DNA of 64,000 bases from the NCBI RefSeq assembly GCF_018350175.1, contig NC_058375.1:62001-126000 (forward strand), read 5' to 3'. The position numbers and the translations under genes are program-made. Origin of the DNA: Felis catus. Its lineage: Eukaryota. Positions within the stretch are counted from its first letter, which is position 1; each line of letters begins with the position of its first letter. The notes beneath the pieces are model-generated. The model was not told where the DNA came from and searched no databases. It saw nothing but the letters and a program-made list of their open reading frames with translations. Of this stretch, positions 9,483-22,359 are shown piece by piece.

Positions 9483-12400
9483 TCAATCCTCCTCAGAGAG
9501 CTGTAGCTCCTCCAACTCATCCTCTGGTCCCTGGGCCAGCCGCCACAGTTCCCCGAGGTGCAGCCCCGCCTCTGTGTCTGGGTCTCCATCTGCAGGGAGA
9601 GACCGAGGCTACATAAATTCTGCTTTATCAGGACGAAGCCAGCCTTGGAGATTACTCATCACTAATTAATCACAGCCCTAATTAATTTATTGGTGCCACT
9701 GTTACTGGCTGCCAGAGACAGCGGGAACGGAGCAGCTGGCGTGGCAACCTCAAGGAGGGGTGTGAGCCCAGCTTAGAGCCATTCTCCCACCCAGTGGCCC
9801 CACCCACCCACCGGCCAAGTGACGCCCACGACAGCCTTGGGTTCCTGAACAGACAGGTTCAAAGGGCCACAGCACCACCCCTCACTCCCAGGAATCACTC
9901 ACCCTTTGAATTGCTGATTTCCTCTTGGCTGCTAAGGCTGCCATCCTCCTCCTCCTTTTCCTCCTCTACCCTCTGCCAAGCTCTCGGGGACCCAGGCATC
10001 CCTGGGGACCAAGAAGAACCCATGGGAGTAAGCCCACCAGCAAATACATACTGGGGACAGCTAATGTAGGAGTGTGGGCCAGGCTCAGAACCCCGTACCC
10101 ACCCACCCTTCCCTCAGGCCCCCTTCATACAGGTGGAAAGGATTCAGAAGTGTCCAGCCAACAGTACAGGTGAGGGAATAAGGTCTTGGGACACGTGTCC
10201 CAACTCTGGGAGGCCCTCACCTCAAAGCAAGTGAAGTGGTGGGAGAAGGCGCACCGCAAACGTGAGCAGCCAGGGGGAAGCAGGCACCCTCTTCTGGTTC
10301 CGTGAGATGCATCAGGAAGCCTTCCAGGGCCACCTACCCCTTCCCCACAGGGAGCTCAGGCTCAGGAGCCCAGGCCCCTACCTCTCTCTGAGAAATCCAT
10401 GGCACTGTCTTCCTCGTCACTGTCCAGATCAAAGAGGTCCTTAAATTCCACTCTGTCTTCATTCTTATTGCCTCCCACTTTCCGCCGCTTTATCTCTGGG
10501 AAGTTCAGGTCTTCCAGCTGGAAAGACCCAAAACCAGAGTAGTGAGGGTGGTCTGGTGGCCATGAGAGAACCCACCTGGCCCAATCCCCAACCCACCATG
10601 TCTCGGCCCCGGGCCCCACCCTCCACCTCAAGGCTTAGCTCACAGCCACAGCTGGGTCACATCATGCGTCATGCAGCAAGAGCCCTGACCGCAGCTACTG
10701 TCCTTCCCTCCCATTCCCAAAGACGGACTTTACCCAAACCCAGCATCCTATTCCCTTTTCCATTTCCCTTCAGGCCTTGCCTCCCAACCCGTCCCCCACA
10801 CAGACTCTGCTTGGCCAACTTGGTAGACATCGCCGGGTAGGACTCCTGGACAGCCACCCTGCCAGGCAGGTGAGGGGGCCCCAGCCACGCACACTGGCCA
10901 CTAAGTACCATCAAAAGCATAGTTACACCCACTGGCTAAAGGCCCAGCTACAGCCCCCCCCGCCCCCGCCACCTGTGTGTCTCCACATCTTTAGCCATCA
11001 CGTCATGGGATGGCAGACCCGTGATACCAGGACAGGGATACAGTCACAGGCATGCCACTCAGCACGAAACTGTCCCCTCAAGTCACACCATGCCACACCC
11101 CCTGGCACAGCTCCTCCTGCCCCTCCCTGCCTGCCCTCCTGGTGTCCACAGGCTGGCCTGAGAAGTAAGGTCAGTCTGGCCACTTATTCCCCCAAAATCC
11201 CCAGCCCAGTCAGGCCTGACAAGGCGTAAGGACCTCCTCCTGGAGGTCATGAGAGAAGCCCCCTGGTCACCCAGTAATGCATGATGTCTGCCCCTCCAGA
11301 GCAGCCCCAGGACGGGCTGCAGCTGGGAACAGGCCCCAACCGTCCTGGTGACATCGTCCCTGAGACTATTTCCTCCCACAAGCCCCCTTCCCCACTCTGG
11401 TCTTAAAGTCAGAGCCAGGGTGCTAGACCCTGGTCTCAGAACAAACCAGGTGGTCATGCCCACATCCCCGCTCCGAACCTCCTCTGCAGACATACCCGCT
11501 CTTTGCCACTGATCTCCAGCTGGATCTCTCGCTCTCTCAGCTTCCGCCACTGGCTATAGTACTTGGTGAGAGGTGTCCCCTCTTCTCGGGTCTGCTTCTC
11601 CCAGGTGTCCTATGGGGAGAGTTTCAGGATCATGTCCACCCTGGGGAAACCTCCAAACCCCAGCCCTACACTGACTAGTGCCCTCAGGCAGTGCTGCCCA
11701 CCCCACCCACCCAGACACCAGCTCCCAACTGACCACTGCATGCTGGTCAGCCACACCGAAGGAGGCCCTCTGGCGGCGACTGCAGATATACTCAGCATTC
11801 TCCTGCACCTTCTCTAGCAGCTGGCGTAGCTGCCGACAGTAGTTGGCCACCTTGCATTCCCGGAGGAAGGATTTCAACTGCAAAAGGAAGGGGGGGGGGG
11901 GGGCGGTGCTCAGCCTAGGTCCAGGCACAGACCATGATCTGCCGGGATCACACATGACCACAGGGAGGTGATGGGGGAGCAGGAAACGTGTGTCTCACAG
12001 CCCTAGGGCACACAGTTGGGGAACGGGGCAGTTACATTGGTGTGGGGTGGGGGCCGCGGCGTGGTGCCGCATGACCCCTGTTGTTTGGGCCCTGTGGGGG
12101 CTGGAGAGCAGACGGCCCACCCTACGGGCCGGGCAGAGGAACAGGCGGCATGGATCTACCCTCCAGGTCACATCCCACCCTCAGCCTGTCTGTGTAAATA
12201 AAGCTGTATTGATACACATCCACACTCCTTCACTTAGGCATTTCTGTGGATTTTTTGTACTTTAAAGAGGAGACCTGAGCAGTTGTGAGAAACCACATGA
12301 CTGTAAAGCCTAAAATACCATTTAGCTCTCTCTGCCAGAACAGTTTGCTGACCCACGTTCTAGACCATGATTCTGGGACCTGGAGTCCAGAAATAAAGCC

Positions 12401-15400
12401 TTGCCTACACGGCCACATGTGTCTGGATGGGCCTCTGAACCAGGTGCAGTTCGGGTGCGGGCAGCCCACCCCTACTCACCAAGCCGGCCTACAGCTGGGG
12501 GAGCTGACTCTGCCCATCAGAATCAGGGACAGGACCTGGCCCTTCCCGTGAAAGGCCCCTGCCTCCTTGAGATGGCAAACACCTGGGCTGAGAGCAAGTG
12601 GACCTCTGACAGGCCCAGAAGGGACTTGTGAGAGAAAGGACTCCAACCCCACCCTTGTATCACCTGAAGGAAAACTGAGGCAGGGTTGGTGCTGAGGCTG
12701 ACCGGGACTTCCTCCTGCCCCAAACCTGCATGCGGGACCATTTGGGAAAGTATACAGTCAGGAGACCAGCTTGACCCAGGGCTGGGGGGCCGGGTCCAGC
12801 CCGCTCCACCAGGACTACTCCTAGAAGAGAATTCTTGGTCGGTCTGGTCCCTGGGCTGTGACAGGCCTGGGGAGGAGCTAGCAAGTCCGAGGGTCCCCGT
12901 TGACTCGCCTGCGCCAACCCCACCCTTCAGGACTCCACACCCCTATGTTCGTGCTACCTATGATGAGGCAGCGCCAACATGAAACCCCGCAGCAGGTTAG
13001 GCTCTGCTACTGACCCTGTGTGGCCGTGACAAGGATGCCTCCTTCTGGCCCCTGTGTCAATGGGAAGCTGAGCCCATGAAGACAGCCTAGTCTGCTACAA
13101 AGCACGCCATCAAGGCATCTGGGAAAGGAAGAGGGAGCCGGACAGCTGGCACACACCTGCAGCACAGCGGGCAGCGCCAGTTCGGGGAAGGCAATGCTCT
13201 GGGCCTGGCTGTGCAGGTACTCCAGGGTGAGGTCGTACAGCTGCTCCACCAGACCATCCTGAGGCAGCGGAGAAGAAAGGAGAACTCAGCCCTCTTCACG
13301 CCTGCTTGCTAGCAGGGTGGAAATCGGAGGATGCGCCTCCACAGCCTCCCCGGAAGCCACACTCTGGCTCAATATGGCTGAGGCCAAGGAGCACCACCTC
13401 CCCCGCAAGAGCCCCATGAAGGCCCACACAGACTGGAGGGCAGCAAGCCCCCTCCCGTCCACACTAATTGGACTCCAGTCACCCCGTACACTGACCTCGG
13501 TGCCCTAGAACATCCTGCCATGACCCCGCCCAAGGTATTTTCCCAAGCGTCTCCACAGGAGGCCTGGAGGCCAGCCTTACCCGGTACGCCTTCTCCTGTA
13601 GGTTGACCTTGGACAGCTTTAGGATCACAGTGAAGTTGATGGGCTTGGAACTCATGCGCCCCGGCCTCTTATTGAAGTCGACCTGCTGGAAAACCTGTCC
13701 CCAAAGCCACTTCAGCTTGGCCTGCTGTGCCTCATGCCCCACTGTATCCCACCCCCCCATCTGTACCCCAGATCCTTAGAGGCCCCAAAACCAGGGAGAG
13801 AGAGCCACATGCAGTGCCAGTCCTGTGGCCCCAGAGACCCCCTGCCTTCCAGAGCTCTGGCCTCCAAGGGCATCACTTCATTGCAGAGCGGGATTCTGGC
13901 CAACGGGGGCAGGACCAGAAGCACACCCGTGCACACTGCTACAGACCCTCTCCTAAAACCAGACCAAGAAGCCCTAAGAACCAGTGTCTGGAAACAAAAG
14001 AAAGGTCCTTTCTGTACAGGGTCACTGACACTGCCACGTCCTCACCCATGACTGCATTCCCAAGGCCTGGTCCCAACCCCAAGGCTGCATCCTGGGAGTG
14101 ATATGCCAATGGCCAGAGGGTCTCAGCAAGGGCCTGAGGAGCTCATAACCCCTCATCCTCCACAGAGACCACAGGCTGTGCCCATCGGCCTCTGCCTCTC
14201 AGGGAAGTCCTCCCCGTGTCCGAAGGCTGCGGGCTGTCCTGGGATAGCGGAGCGGGAGCCATACCTGGCCCCTCCTCACCACCCTCGCGCAGGGGTGATC
14301 CAGGATGTTGTCCTGGGGGGCGGGGGGTGGCCGATGCTGAAGACACCACAGAGCAGAGGATGATGCTTCACAGCTGAGCTCAGCACAGCTCCAGATAAAA
14401 AGCACCCATGACTGTGCTAATAACAGGTTTCCCTAGGGGAGCACTGCCCTTTCTCTAGCCTGGCTCAGCCTGAGGTGGAGCAGGGGCTGCTCTCAGCACC
14501 CCTTCCCACCCACCCAGGGAGGCAAGGGCAAAAACGCCCTGGGGGCAAAGAGCTTTCCTTCTGCCTCTGTGACTTATTTTCTCTGGAAAGGACAGGCCTG
14601 CACCTGTGGATGTAAAAAGGACATGCCGGTCTATGGCATGCTGACGCAGGGACCAGTACAAGGGTTGTGCAAAAAGAAAACACGAAATCAGAAGAGAAAC
14701 CCCAGGGGCTCCCTTCTCTCCCCTACTTTGGTAAACCGGTGCAGACCACAGCTCTGGCCACATTGAGCCACTAATCCGGCCCATCCAGCAGGTGGCACTA
14801 AGGGCCTCTCTAGTAGGGAGATGTGAAGTCCTAAGTATAAGGTGGGGTGGGGCCTAACCCCCGGCGCATGCAAGCATGCACACAGATCCGCACAGACACG
14901 CACAGACACACGCATACACAAAGGAGCATGCAAAAACAACGCAGCTTTGGAATCAGATCTAGGGTTCCAGCCCAGCTCTCCTGCCCACTGGAATAGACTC
15001 AAGCGTGTCCTAAAACCAGCACCCTCAGGCCAGCCCTGCAGAGCAGCTGTCCTTGTCCTCCCTGCCACTCGCCTGCCAACACACACCCCAGCTGGGGCAG
15101 GTAGCAAGGCGCTGCACAGAGCAATGTCCTCATAAAACCTCCTCTACAGATGAGAACACCAGCACTCAGGAGGGTTACACTGCATCTCGGGATAGGCGGT
15201 CTGTGCGCAGCAAGGAGCACCTCCAAGCAGAGCACAGAGGCACTGTGTTGCCCCCTCCCACCCCAAGCGACAGGCACCCTCTCACCTCCAGTATGAAGGG
15301 CAGCACTGGGATGAAGGTGCCGGTGCTCTCCGAGAGCAGGGTCAGAGCACGCACGCAGTGCATGCGCAGGGGGTAGAAGCGGGCAGTGGGAACCAGCCTG

Positions 15401-18400
15401 GGGGCATGGAAAGGCAGGAGTGAGCAGAGGCCCCAGCCTCGCCATCCCAGCCTGGCTCCCCATGACCTGTTTCCACCCATGGGGCTCGAACCTCAGGAAG
15501 GGCCCCTCTTGGTCACTTCTGTCAGGGTCAGTGGCCACACCTGCCCTATCTGATTCCTCCAGACAGAACAGGGCAGACCAAAAGTCCCCGACTAAAATCC
15601 GGGTCTTAAGGACCTGCCTCCTCACTCAATTATCGGGCGAGAGAACATCCCACGCGGCTTTTAACTTAATTTCACTTTAATGCAGGAGGAGAGCAGCGGG
15701 AGATGGTTCACTCAAAGCTTTCTTTCTTCCCAGCTCCCTGCTTTCAAGGCTCCTCCTTCAGGAGCACAGGGGCGACCCCTCCTGGCTAACAAAGGCAGCC
15801 ACCTGGGCACACGCGGCTCCTCCATTCTCTGCCCCCAGAAACTAAAGCTCAACGGTTACAACTGAAATGTGGCGCGTTGTACTAGACCCGCTACCCAAGA
15901 ACCCCATGGTAAGACAGACACCCAAACTCCCTTCAAACCGCACATAGTCCCTTCTACCTAGCATCTCCCAGAATGCATGAATCCGGGGCATTCTCCCATG
16001 CTGGCCTCCGGGCCACAGATGGCGCCAACCCCGGTCCTTCCACAGGTGCTGCCAAGTAACAGACCCCAGGGCCCAGGGCTGGCTCATACCCTTGGAGAAC
16101 TAGCTCCTCCTGACCCTCCAGGATGCCTCCCTGTGTAACCCTCTCCTCTAAACCAGCCTCCCATGACCTTGTCCAAAGACAGTCTGTACAACCCTGACCC
16201 CGTAACAGCCCACATAACCCTGGCCCTGACCTCCTTTGGCCCTCAGGGTGGCCCCGCCCATCCGTGACTCACTTGATGCAGCCAATCACCACTTGCGAGA
16301 GGGGGTAGATCAAGGGCTGCAGGGCTTCGCTGGGGTACACAGTGCTGAGGGCACGACACCACAGGTAGAGACAGTGCACGAACTGCCAGTTGTACACTGA
16401 CTGGTAGGTCTCCTGGGCACAGAGTGAAGTCCGTTTCCAAGTCAGCCCAGGGGTCCCAGAAGGATCCAGCCCTCCCTCACCCACGGTGTGCACGGGGTCC
16501 CAGCCAGCGGCAGCAGCGACCACCTACCCCACCCCCTCCCCTGACCCACCCTCAGAGCTGCCCGCACCCTCCACCTGTTCCCCAAGCCCCCACCGGCAAG
16601 GGCCCTGAGCCCTCCAAGGCACTGGGTTGTCTCTCCCCAGGGCTACACAGGAATACGGAGGCTTCCAGGAGGTCCCAGCCCCTCAGCCGTGGAGCCCTAA
16701 GTATACGGTGAGGTGGGGCCCGACCCCGGACATGCCAACCCCCACCCCATAAGCCCAACCACGCACTTTCTTGCGTGTGGTCATGGCATTGCGCAGGTGG
16801 ATGGCGAGCTGGCGAATGTAGAGGAAGGCATGCTGGTAGGCGATGCCAGTGTCCAGGGCAAGCAACTCGGTCAGGGTCCGCTGCATGAAGTTGATGAAGG
16901 GCAGGGTGCCGGGGGAGGTAAACTTGCAGTTCCTCACGTAGGTGATGTACATTTGCTGCCAGAAAGATCCCAGTCAGGGCCACCCGAGCTGCCAGGGCAC
17001 TGTGCACCCGCTACCCAGCTCCAAGCCGCTGCCAGACACCTGGGCCTTTCCTCAGTGGGAGCCACGGCTGGCCACGTCTGCTGCAGACCCCTCCCCCTAC
17101 GTGGCACTTGCTCCTTGGGCCCTCTGCTGCTCAGCTGCCACACACGTGTACCCACACAAAGTCTGCCGCGCACGCAACAGGAGACTTATAGGGAGGGTGC
17201 GGTGCCAAGGAAAACGCAGCGCGAATAACTGCAGGAAGAGGCAAGGGGACCATGGAGGGACTGGGAAGGAGGGGCTAGAAAAGCTGCAGCTACAGGTCAG
17301 GCCCACGCAGGGGTTTCTAGAGGGTCACTGTGTGGGACACATCACCCCAGGCGTGCAGCCAAGCAGCAGGGTCCCTGTCCCTCTCCACACCTGATGTCCT
17401 CATCTGCTGAGGGGAGAGCTGTGCAGAGCAGTCTATGTGGAGCCTCAGAGGACCGAGAGCTCCCATCCCTGTCACTGTCCCCCACTTCCTAGGGAGAGAA
17501 CTGCAGTGATGGCCTGGGTCAGCCCAGAGCCACAGCCTCAGCAAGAGGAGCTGGCCACAAAGGCAGCCGCCCAGACCTCAGACCAAGACTTTCAACCCAG
17601 ACTCTAATGGACACAGACTGGGGGGCATCGGAGGCAGGAGCCGGGGGTCCACACTACCTTGAGGATAGGACTCAGGAAGACAGCCTTCTTGTGCCGACAG
17701 ACCCTGACGAGGACCAGGAACGCCAGTACGCGCAACGTCTCTTCACCTGTGCTCCACAGAATCACCATCCTCTGCAGAAGGAGAGACATCACTGCCTGCC
17801 CCAGCCTCCCCAAGCCCAGCCAGAGGCCCCTGTGGCCACTGCTAGGAGACAGCCCTTCCCAAAGCACCTCAGGATAGAGCTACGGTTACACCTCAGTGAA
17901 AAAGTAACAAAAACGTGAAAGGTAACACGAGGCTCCCCAAGAAGGCTGTACCACAGAAACACAGCTTTGTTGTTAGGCACGTATCCAGAAAGGCACGTCA
18001 GGGGGCGCCTGGGTGGCTCAGTCAGTTAAGCAGAAAGGCACGTTAGAAGACAAGACAAGCTCGTCTTGCTACAGCTCGTCAGAAAGCGGTTGCCTCACAC
18101 GACCGGGCCTGCGGCACCAAGGGCAGAGAGCTGACCGAAACAGAATCCCAGCAGGGCGTAGGGTGGGGGGCGGGCGCAGATGCCACCCCCACTCTGGCTG
18201 GGAGCGGGGCACGCTGGAGGGGTGGCCACGCGCGCCTCCGATCACAGTGCCAAAGGGAGAGAGCCGGGTACCTTGAGCAGCATGCGGCACTGCTTGGGAA
18301 AGGTCAAGTAGTACGGCACGGAACTGCTGACATGCTGGAGCACGGCCGCCGCTGCTGTCGCCTCCGTCACGCAGGCCACCAGCTGGGGAAGCAGGAGGGT

Positions 18401-21400
18401 CAGCGAGGCCCCAAACCCACTCACGTCTGGGACACGAGGAAGGACTGCACCACTGGCTTCAGCCAGGCCTCGCGGGATACAGGAGGCCCCCTCCCCGTTG
18501 GAACTGCACCTGTACGACTGAGCTCAGGTAGACCTTGACGTCCAGCCGGAGCTTCCCCCACAGCGGGCTACTGGACGGCTGCAGCACCCTGCAGAGAGAC
18601 CAAGCCCACCCCATCTTGAGCGAACCCCCCCGCACCGCACACCTCCCCCCAAAGCCCCCCACCCTTCACGGTGACTGCTCTCCCAGTGCAGCGGCCCCCT
18701 TCGCACAAGAGTCTGTGCCCGGCCGATGCCAGCACCACTCACGACACGTGTGTTTGCTGCCCACTCACTCAACGGCTATCCCCTCCACCATCACCTGTCA
18801 GCTTCCTCGATGAGGCCCCTACCTACAGATACACACACCATCCCCAGAGCAAACAGCAGAAGAGTGGATGAAATATTCACTTGAAGAGAAAAAGAAGAGT
18901 GAAAAGGGGAGAATCCTGACCTAAGGAACTAGTGGTGCAAAGCCAAGCACACACTCTGGGCCCCCCCAGGAACTGTGGGCAGAGAATGTACCTTTTCAGA
19001 AGGAAAACAGAAAGGAGGAAGGACAAAGCCACCCAACTGGCCCCGCCCAGCCTCTCCCCGGGGCCCGGCAAAGGGCCTGGTTCCGTCTTCGGCATCCCTC
19101 TGTGCTGGTTGGGTCGAGAGGGGGACTGCCAGATCACAAGGCCTCTGCCTTCCCCAGTGCGGGGTCCTGACCACACCCCCCTACCTCCCCTCTTCCCTTT
19201 CACCTGCTGTTGTCCTTGGGGGCTTTCCCAAACAGTAGCTTCTGGAGACAACCAAAAAGATCTCTAATGCAGAAGGTGACCAGGGCGTTGAACACTGCAA
19301 TGAGGGGACCACAGACACCACTCACAGGACAGAAGACAGAACAGAGAGGCTGCATCCCAGGTCCCCTCACCCCAGCTCACCAGCACTGTCCGTGACCTGG
19401 AATTTGCTGACTTCAGCACCTTCCTGGTCTCCTTGGGTGGTGACCACAGCAGCTCGGAATGCCTGCACAACTTCATGGAACAGCTTCGGAGTAAGGTGCT
19501 GCTAAATTAGGGATAAGAGGACCCAGAACGTTGGGGAAGCGGTCAGCTGTGTTGGACAGAGCAATAGGCAACCAGAGCTCCAGAAACCTGCTGTGACAGA
19601 AAGGTACCCCTCGCCCACATTCTGAGACACGGAGCAGAGGTGGAGGCAGTGTTGCTGAGCCACGTGCAGGGAAAAACAAGAAAAAACCAGAGTCCAGAAT
19701 CTTCCTGGAAGGGCAGGGAGCCTGGCTCAGGGGAGAGGCTGAAGGTCCCAGATCTGGATGGTGGCCTGCACCAGGTGGTTTCTAGGGTTCTCCCTTCTGT
19801 CCTTTCCTATCTCTGCAGAAACCAACGTAAAACCCTTGGAGGAAGGGCTCTAGCTCCTGACAAAGGCAGAGACTATGTCCTAACCCACAACAGACTTCAG
19901 GGAACAGGGAGCCCGAGAGAGACACTGAGTGGAAGAGAGCAGAAAGAGCCCCTAGAATCTCTGACCGAAGGGGAGAATGCAATCCTGGAGCCTCTTAGCA
20001 TAAAGGCAGAACCATGCGACATCCTTCACATGAGGGTCTGGTGCAGAAGAGGACCCCAGTGTGGGTGCTCAGAGAAGGGGCTCCTCCCGTCTGCCACAGA
20101 CCCAGGTAACTACAATGAGTCAAGGGCAGACTCCCAAAGGGGTGGGGGGTGTCCAGCTGCCCACACCATGCCACTTCTCACCATTGCTGCCTGCTTCCAC
20201 CTCTCAACCATGGCTAGGGTCACAGGAGCAGAATCCCTTTTCTTCCCCTTCAGTCCTCTGGGGACCTCATCCTCATCCGAATCTTCCTCCTCCCCACTTG
20301 CTTCCTGCACCAGACACAGAGGACCAGGCTGGAGCAGGACGCAGAGGCCATAAGTGTGCCCCTGCCCCCACCAGCTCTGCCTAAGCCCTCACTTCCAACG
20401 CGTCGGGCAGAGTGTGCAGCTGCTCCTCCTCGTCCTCGGTGCTGTCCGAATCACTGAAGTTCAACAAGCTCTGGTCATTCTCCTGCAGGAACTTGTAGAA
20501 CTCCGGGTCTTTGTCCTTCAGCCGAGAGAGCTGGTCCTTATGCTCAGACGCACGACCTTTACGCCGACTGAGAAGGCAGGGGTCGTCAAGTCCACAGGAC
20601 AGGCATAGCCCACAGGACTGGGGAGCAGGGGACGTGGGGTAAGGCTTCCTGTCCTCCACACTGTAAGCTCGCCAGCCTCCACAGGGAAACTGCAGGGCTT
20701 GATCTGCTCTCTCCACAACAGCTACCCACAACCAAGGTAGGGGATTTCCAGCAGTAAGTTTTCAGCAGATTCCTCTCTCCCCCAAACTCCACACTCGCAC
20801 AGCCAACTGCCTCAACACCTGCCATTTCAAACCCACATACAACACTGAACTTGTGGTTTCCCCCAAACTTGCTCTGCCAGCACTCTGCTCCACCTCAGTT
20901 GTGGGTAACTCTACCTTTACAGGCACTCAGGTGAAAGACAACCTCTGTCTCTCATACCCAGCATGCAATGTGCCATGAGACCTAATTAGCAAAAGCCCTT
21001 CAGAGCCTCTCATGCCTCCTAGTTAAACCAGCACCATCTCGGGGCGCCTGGGTGGCTTGGTCGGTTAAGCGTCCGACTCCGGCTCAGGTCATGGTCTCAC
21101 AGTCCATGAGTTCGAGCCCCGTGTCAGGCTCTGTGCTGACCGCTCAGAGCCTGAAGCCTGTTTCAGATTCTGTGTCTCCCTCTCTCTCTGCCCCTCCCCT
21201 GTTCATGCTCTGTCTCTCTCTGTCTCAAAAATAAATAAACGTTAAAAAAAAAATTAAAAAAAAAACAACCAACACCATCTCTCAATTCTCCCAATTACCA
21301 CAGTGGTCTCTCCCTATCTCCACACCCACCACCTCCAACCTACTCTCAACACAGCAACCCAAGTGACTCTTGAATTGCATGTCACAGGACGTGCACTTCA

Positions 21401-22359
21401 CAGCTCACGTGACTTCACAGCTCAAAACCCTGAGATGACTTCCCATTTTAGCGCATGTCTTATAAACTGTCTACAAAATCTGACCCCGTTATCATCTCTC
21501 CTGGTTCACCTCCTACTACTCTCCCCCTCGCTCCTCCATACACACTCACCTCTGTGTCAGACCCGCTCCCACTTCAGGAGCTTGGCTGTTCCTGCTGCAT
21601 GAAATACCAAAGCGTTCTTCCCGCCTGCGTGGCTTACTCCCCCAAGTCTCTGTCCAACTACCACCTCTTCAAAGGGCCTTCTCCACTAAACACAGCAACA
21701 GCTGGTGCCCAACATGCTCCCCATTTCTCTACCCCTTCTCTTTTTCCTGTTTGCCGCACTCATTTCGTCTCACATACCACACGTCGTGAATCACCCGAGA
21801 CTGAGCGAGCTCCTCTACACCAGAAAAGGGCCTACTATTCACCAGTGTACGTTTGTCACAGAACAGAACCTCAGCAAACACGGGAAGAAAGAATGGGTAA
21901 GGCGAAGGGTCTGGGGAAGCGGTCAGCGATCCTCAGGCCCCAGGACTGGTCAGCATACACGTGACGGGTGGGCCAGGACGGTGAAGAGGGTCTGGCTTTA
22001 CAGACGTCCCGCGGGAAACGCTCCCCTCACCTGGACGAGGGGCTTCCGCCTGGCTTATCCACACTCCGGTCGGCTTCACACGCCGCCCACGTCTCCGCTT
22101 CTGGGGCTCCTTCGGGATCCGATTCAGACTCAGAATCAAAGCCCGAAGCCAAGAACTCGTCCACCGTCAGCTCCGCCAGCCGCCTGCGGGTTACGACATC
22201 TGGATCAGGACTCCCTGCCAGGCCGGTTTGCCCCAGCCTTGCTGCACCAGGAACGCGTTTAAGCTCAAGGAGAGCCCCTGTGAATATAAAGGTCCCCTGG
22301 AAAGCCGAATCGATCCTCAGAGCCTCAACTTACCGCTTGGTGCCCCGCACCACCGCCAT
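9483..22359 (-). CDS. NOC2L: Nucleolar complex protein 2 homolog (NIR), 749 aa
   Basis: 19 exons: 22334-22359 (ATG), 22031-22183, 20393-20567, 20182-20304, 19381-19501, 19204-19294, 18510-18588, 18272-18382, 17658-17771, 16767-16955, 16273-16412, 15286-15397, 13581-13694, 13157-13258, 11734-11877, 11496-11609, 10382-10517, 9903-10001, 9483-9589 (TGA); total 2250 nt, in frame. Peptides [58 protein letters not shown] and the acidic C-terminus ELQLSEED*. Confidence 0.98.
12190..12356 (+). mobile_element. MER58-like hAT-Charlie DNA transposon remnant
   Basis: gtaaataaagctgtattgatacac...aaagcctaaaata...cagtttgctgaccc resembles the MER58A consensus as recalled. Confidence 0.65.
14785..14798 (+). 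promoter_or_regulatory. Candidate CTCF core motif in a NOC2L intron
   Basis: CCAGCAGGTGGCAC fits CCASYAGRKGGCRS; motif match only. Confidence 0.4.
18002..18030 (+). mobile_element. CanSINE 5' head only (29 bp) with target-site duplication
   Basis: ggggcgcctgggtggctcagtcagttaag flanked by cagaaaggcacgtcag (17986-18001) and cagaaaggcacgttag (18031-18046). Confidence 0.85.
20800..21760. mobile_element. Degraded L2 LINE fragments interrupted by a SINE
   Basis: Pyrimidine-rich L2-like phrases (ccccaaacttgctctgcc, ccctcgctcctccatacacactc, cttggctgttcctgctgc). Confidence 0.5.
21041..21266 (+). mobile_element. Full-length felid-type CanSINE (tRNA-derived)
   Basis: ggggcgcctgggtggc head, B box gagttcgagcc, (CT)n tract, AATAAA plus A tail; TSD aacca[g/a]caccatctc. 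Confidence 0.95.

Noticed and set aside
21041-21120. tRNA gene-like A/B boxes (also in the other SINE heads)
   Set aside because: These are tRNA-derived CanSINE heads, not intact cloverleaf tRNAs.
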